From IMG/VR virus record IMGVR_UViG_3300047552_001239: a stretch of DNA of 64,000 nt; one strand, written 5' to 3'. Source of the DNA: an uncultured virus (IMG/VR IMGVR_UViG_3300047552_001239). Lineage: Duplodnaviria; Heunggongvirae; Uroviricota; Caudoviricetes. How positions within the stretch are numbered: position 1 is the stretch's first letter; every line of letters starts with the position of its first letter. A program made the translations under genes and the position numbers. Positions 60,793-64,000 of the stretch are shown one piece after another. Under the pieces are notes generated by a model. It was not told the origin of the DNA. It saw nothing but the letters and a program-made list of their open reading frames with translations, and did not search any database.

Positions 60793-61235
60793 TTTTTATT
60801 TTTAAATAACGGCACAACATTATCATTACTTTCTTTTTGTTCTAATATTTTTTCTTTTTCTTTTTCTTTCTCTCTTTCTTTTTCTTCTAATATTTTAATC
60901 TTTTCTATATCAAATCCAGTTACAAATCCAATATTATTTTCTTTTGAAAACAAAGATAAAATATGATTAGTAGGAAATTCAACATATTGTGAACTACCTG
61001 AAAATCTTGCACGAAATGAAGTTAAATCATCCGTTATTTGTAAACCAACCGCAGCTATTGGATTTATATTTAAAATAATTATTCCATCTTTATTTAAATA
61101 TTGTTGGGGAATATACGGTTGATCTTTTCCATAAACTGCAATAAATGGTGTATAATTATTATCCAAACACCAATTAAATGTGGCTAATAATTGATATGTT
61201 ACTAAACTTCTATTTTTACTTTTAGGATTATTCAT
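60789..61235 (-). CDS. sspB: ClpXP adaptor SspB homologue
   Basis: Y.L.A..W.LDN..TP...V, P..Y...DG.I.LNI.P.A...L, F.ARF.G...V..P...L.....EN..G match E. coli-type SspB. Charged linker and hydrophobic/basic C-terminus. Confidence 0.88.
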   Translation of the reverse strand: MNNPKSKNRSLVTYQLLATFNWCLDNNYTPFIAVYGKDQPYIPQQYLNKDGIIILNINPIAAVGLQITDDLTSFRARFSGSSQYVEFPTNHILSLFSKENNIGFVTGFDIEKIKILEEKEREKEKEKEKILEQKESNDNVVPLFKNKK

Positions 61236-61408
61236 TTACATCGTGATTGTTTCCAAGAAGAAAAATATATATTATTTCTTGTTATTAAATATTTTTTATT
61301 ATTCTTTTCAAATAGTACAAAAGCAGTATTTCTTATAAAATTACAATCTAATATCAAACAATGTTTGCCGAATTCTGGGGAATCATAATATACTGATTTT
61401 TGTAGCAT
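61232..61408 (-). CDS. 58-aa hypothetical protein, absent from the ORF track
   Basis: MLQKSVYYDSPEFGKHCLILDCNF... fills the gap and its TGA overlaps the sspB ATG. Confidence 0.6.
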   Translation of the reverse strand: MLQKSVYYDSPEFGKHCLILDCNFIRNTAFVLFEKNNKKYLITRNNIYFSSWKQSRCK

Positions 61409-61412
61409 ATCA

Positions 61413-61634
61413 CTAAGCTTTGTTCCCTCTTTTAATAAACCAATTTAATGCTTTTATTATTAATCGATTATCCCACCAATTTGGAATTTCTCGCTTGGTT
61501 TTTTTATCTTTATAGAAAGTAGGACCTAAATATTTATGCCATTCCATAAATACATGAGACCCATTATCTAATCGTAATTTATAAAATGGATTTATACAAA
61601 CTATAGTATTATGAGCTAGTTTTATGCAAGTCAT
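61413..61634 (-). CDS. Hypothetical protein
   Basis: ATGA-coupled. FMEWH.Y.GP.F motif. Confidence 0.65.
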   Translation of the reverse strand: MTCIKLAHNTIVCINPFYKLRLDNGSHVFMEWHKYLGPTFYKDKKTKREIPNWWDNRLIIKALNWFIKRGNKA

Positions 61635-61873
61635 TTTTTTAATACATCCGTTAAAAATTCTTGTAGTTTTATAATAAGTTGGTTATTTACTTCATCAAAA
61701 TTAGAATTTTTAAAATCAATTTCCGAAAGTTTTGATAATAAAAAATCTTTAGTTGATAAAACAGCACATATCCAACAATCTTGGAATTGTCTCGCCATCT
61801 GATAATTATAACGGTCATTTATTCCTTTATCAGTAGGAATACCGTTATTTTTTAACCACTGTTCTAAATTCAT
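61631..61873 (-). CDS. Hypothetical protein
   Basis: ATGA-coupled. Confidence 0.6.
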   Translation of the reverse strand: MNLEQWLKNNGIPTDKGINDRYNYQMARQFQDCWICAVLSTKDFLLSKLSEIDFKNSNFDEVNNQLIIKLQEFLTDVLKK

Positions 61874-62745
61874 TGGCGTATTATTTTATGTGATATATCA
61901 TTTTTATGATGATTTTTAATTTTAAACATTTCTTTATCTGACATTTCTAGAATATCTTCAGCTAAATATTCCTTTTGAACTGAAGATAAATCAATAGAAA
62001 CTAATCCAAAACTACATGTCATATTTAAATTAGAAAATTTAGTTTTTAATTTATTACTCATTCTTGATATTACTTCTTCAGAAAGTTCTGGACCTGTTTC
62101 TAATAATATTATTGCAAATTCATCTCCACCCATTCTAGCAACAATATCTATTTTTCTTACAGATTGAGTTAATATATTAGAAAAGTTTTTTAATACTTTA
62201 TCGGCAGATATATGACCAACTAAATGATTTACATTTTTAAAATTATCTATATCAAAAAATACTACAGTTAGCCATTTTTTATATCTAGTACATCTCATTA
62301 TTTCATAATTTAATAATTCAGTAAAATGTTTTGAATTATATAAATTGGTTAATGAATCCCGAATTCCAATCTCTTCTATTTTCTTAATATATTTATTTAA
62401 TAATAAAAATATAAATGGAAAAATTGATAATGAAAAAAATGTTTGTACATCAAAAATTAATGGTAAATATTGCAAATCTTTCTCAATAGGATGATATAAT
62501 ACAATATAAAATTTTGATAAAAGAGATATAGCAGTAATAATTAATATATATTTACATTTTAAAGTAAAACATATTAATAAATATAATAAAACATATATAA
62601 TACATGGTATTATATATTTTGTTGTAGTGTCAATATAAATTATAAAAAAGAAAAGAGAGAAAACTAATATTGATTTTATAAAAAAACTACAACATTGTCT
62701 TTTTGATTTACTTTTTCTAAAATTAATTTTCTGAGATTCTATCAT
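61870..62745 (-). CDS. Membrane-anchored GGDEF diguanylate cyclase
   Basis: About four hydrophobic segments, then D.LT.L.N, DIDNFK.VN, the RKID I-site and ARMGGDEF. Confidence 0.9.
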   Translation of the reverse strand: MIESQKINFRKSKSKRQCCSFFIKSILVFSLFFFIIYIDTTTKYIIPCIIYVLLYLLICFTLKCKYILIITAISLLSKFYIVLYHPIEKDLQYLPLIFDVQTFFSLSIFPFIFLLLNKYIKKIEEIGIRDSLTNLYNSKHFTELLNYEIMRCTRYKKWLTVVFFDIDNFKNVNHLVGHISADKVLKNFSNILTQSVRKIDIVARMGGDEFAIILLETGPELSEEVISRMSNKLKTKFSNLNMTCSFGLVSIDLSSVQKEYLAEDILEMSDKEMFKIKNHHKNDISHKIIRQ

Positions 62746-62905
62746 CCAACTCTTTTTTAATATTTGTATATTGACGCATTATTTGTAATATTTCAGTATC
62801 TGATAATATTAATTTTGGATTTATTATTTCTCCATCATTAAAAATCATCCAATAATTATTTTGAGATCCTGTCTCACTAGTTACTAAAATATGTCTAATT
62901 TGCAT
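62723..62905 (-). CDS. Hypothetical protein
   Basis: Operon packing. Confidence 0.55.
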   Translation of the reverse strand: MQIRHILVTSETGSQNNYWMIFNDGEIINPKLILSDTEILQIMRQYTNIKKELDDRISEN

Positions 62906-62906
62906 A

Positions 62907-63224
62907 TTAATATTCTATATTTATTGAAATCCAATTAATTTGGGTTCCAATTTGTTTTGCTACTAAGATATCATCTTCTTGTTTAAATTCAATATTTTTA
63001 TTTCTTACAACGGCAATTTCTCTTCGTAAAATTTCAGAAATTTTTAAAGCTAATTTTTCATTTACTATAACAGATATTAAATTTCCTTGAATATGTTCGG
63101 CTTTTGCAAGCCAATCAATAGGATCATATAAAACTTTAAATAATAATCTTGTTCGTGATTCAGATTCAATAACGCGCCATTTAGATAATAAATCTATTGA
63201 AAAGTCATCTATTAAGTATAACAT
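62907..63224 (-). CDS. Hypothetical protein
   Basis: Operon packing. MLYL...FS...L start. Confidence 0.6.
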   Translation of the reverse strand: MLYLIDDFSIDLLSKWRVIESESRTRLLFKVLYDPIDWLAKAEHIQGNLISVIVNEKLALKISEILRREIAVVRNKNIEFKQEDDILVAKQIGTQINWISINIEY

Positions 63225-63321
63225 TTACTTGATCCATATATAATCCAATTCTCAATATATCCTTCTCTATCTTTCAAATATAATTAGAAGTTTTTAAACT
63301 ATTTGTTATATTAAAAAAATT

Positions 63322-63355
63322 ATACTACCGATACAAATGAATGTATCGGTAGTAT
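63322..63355 (-). terminator. Intrinsic terminator after the IS110/Nop-like gene
   Basis: Perfect 14-bp stem ATACTACCGATACA/TGTATCGGTAGTAT with a T-run nearby on the minus strand. Confidence 0.85.
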
Positions 63356-63363
63356 TTAAATTC

Positions 63364-64000
63364 TTATTCTTCTTCTAAATCTTCTGGGGTGATTGGAAAA
63401 GTATTAAATTCTTCCATATCCTCATCAGAAGGATTCACTAAATCGTCAAGCTCACGCTCAACTTGATTAGTATCAGGATTTGCCTTACCAGCGAAAATTT
63501 CTTGTAGTGTTCTTCGCTGATGAGTGTATCCCAGTTTGGCTTGTTCATAACGGGGCTTAACTGGAAGACTTTCGTACTCTCTCCAATTAGTCCACATATC
63601 GGCCAAAAACTCTTTGACCATATATCGGACCGCCGCGTTATGTCGGTGTTTTGGAGTGGTGGTTTGCCACCTTGGCAACATTTCCAACCGTCGTTTATAA
63701 TTTCGGTAGACCTGTTCATAAGGTCCACCAAGTTTAATAAAACCAGGTCCTAAAACCCCTACTAATTTTGTTTTTAAGAGAGGATTAAAAGTAATCCCTT
63801 TGGTTTCTTTTAATTCTCCTTTTTTATTAACATAGGTCTTTGGGACTAGGTGATGTTCTTTTCGACATCTACCTTCTCCTCGAACGAAGTTTCCCTCATC
63901 GTCATAGATAGGGACAACATCTAATCCGGCATATTTTTGTAATGCCGCTATCGAGTTGCATTTAGTAATATCTATCTCTGACATTATTATGCCAGCCATT
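63364..64000 (-). CDS. C-terminal part of an IS110-transposase-related / Nop-like protein, probably 5'-truncated by the window edge
   Basis: A..I.SEIDI....S...L.KYAGL, FNP.LK..L, Y...Y..YK.R, H.HN.A.R.M.K.FL..MW..WR..E.LP...Y pattern. The window starts just after the expected HhH G.G motif. Confidence 0.75.
   Translation of the reverse strand, partial: MAGIIMSEIDITKCNSIAALQKYAGLDVVPIYDDEGNFVRGEGRCRKEHHLVPKTYVNKKGELKETKGITFNPLLKTKLVGVLGPGFIKLGGPYEQVYRNYKRRLEMLPRWQTTTPKHRHNAAVRYMVKEFLADMWTNWREYESLPVKPRYEQAKLGYTHQRRTLQEIFAGKANPDTNQVERELDDLVNPSDEDMEEFNTFPITPEDLEEE

Noticed and set aside
63225..63363. Possible TIGR or CRISPR array, or IS end, downstream of the IS110/Nop-like gene
   Set aside because: Only one terminator hairpin and AT-rich sequence, with no periodic repeats. 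I found no repeat-spacer array anywhere in the window.
63438..63753. Alternative-frame ORFs 63438..63731 (-) and 63520..63753 (+)
   Set aside because: Nested in the IS110/Nop-like gene and explained by its higher GC. No motifs.
1..64000. Stop-codon reassignment
   Set aside because: Standard-code ORFs tile the window densely, including genes over 4 kb, and TGA serves as a stop in ATGA overlaps.
1..64000. tRNA or rRNA genes
   Set aside because: Intergenic gaps are short and none shows a cloverleaf with a GTTCRA T-loop. A tRNAscan-SE or ARAGORN run would confirm.

Overview
AT-rich (about 25-30% GC by eye), gene-dense segment of a large tailed bacteriophage, probably jumbo. This is inferred: no capsid, terminase or polymerase gene lies in the window, but Shine-Dalgarno sites, ATGA-coupled genes, intrinsic terminators and an SspB homologue indicate a phage of a proteobacterial host. 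Most of the minus strand is virion-accessory genes: collagen-like fibres, three RCC1 propellers, a peptidase-S74 tail fibre, a Thr/Ser-rich fibre, many LamG/CBM proteins and a duplicated fibre module. A six-gene glycan-modification cassette sits inside this run (HldD-like epimerase, TPR-GT9, methyltransferase, GT4-MTase-GT2 fusion, YkgJ Fe-S protein, sulfotransferase). Small cassettes, mostly on the plus strand, are each preceded by a conserved TA(T/A/G)AGATATTATAT motif. Main observations: (1) nine otherwise unrelated small proteins share an N-terminal leader, consensus M-x-I-L-x-x-I-[ND]-N-L-I-x-(E), resembling a capsid-targeting and maturation signal; (2) an IS110/Nop-like protein lacking the catalytic serine, cut by the right window edge (Tas-like candidate); (3) phage-borne SspB and a membrane diguanylate cyclase; (4) a structured non-coding region of about 280 nt behind its own promoter motif. 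All functional calls come from motif recognition by eye, not database searches.
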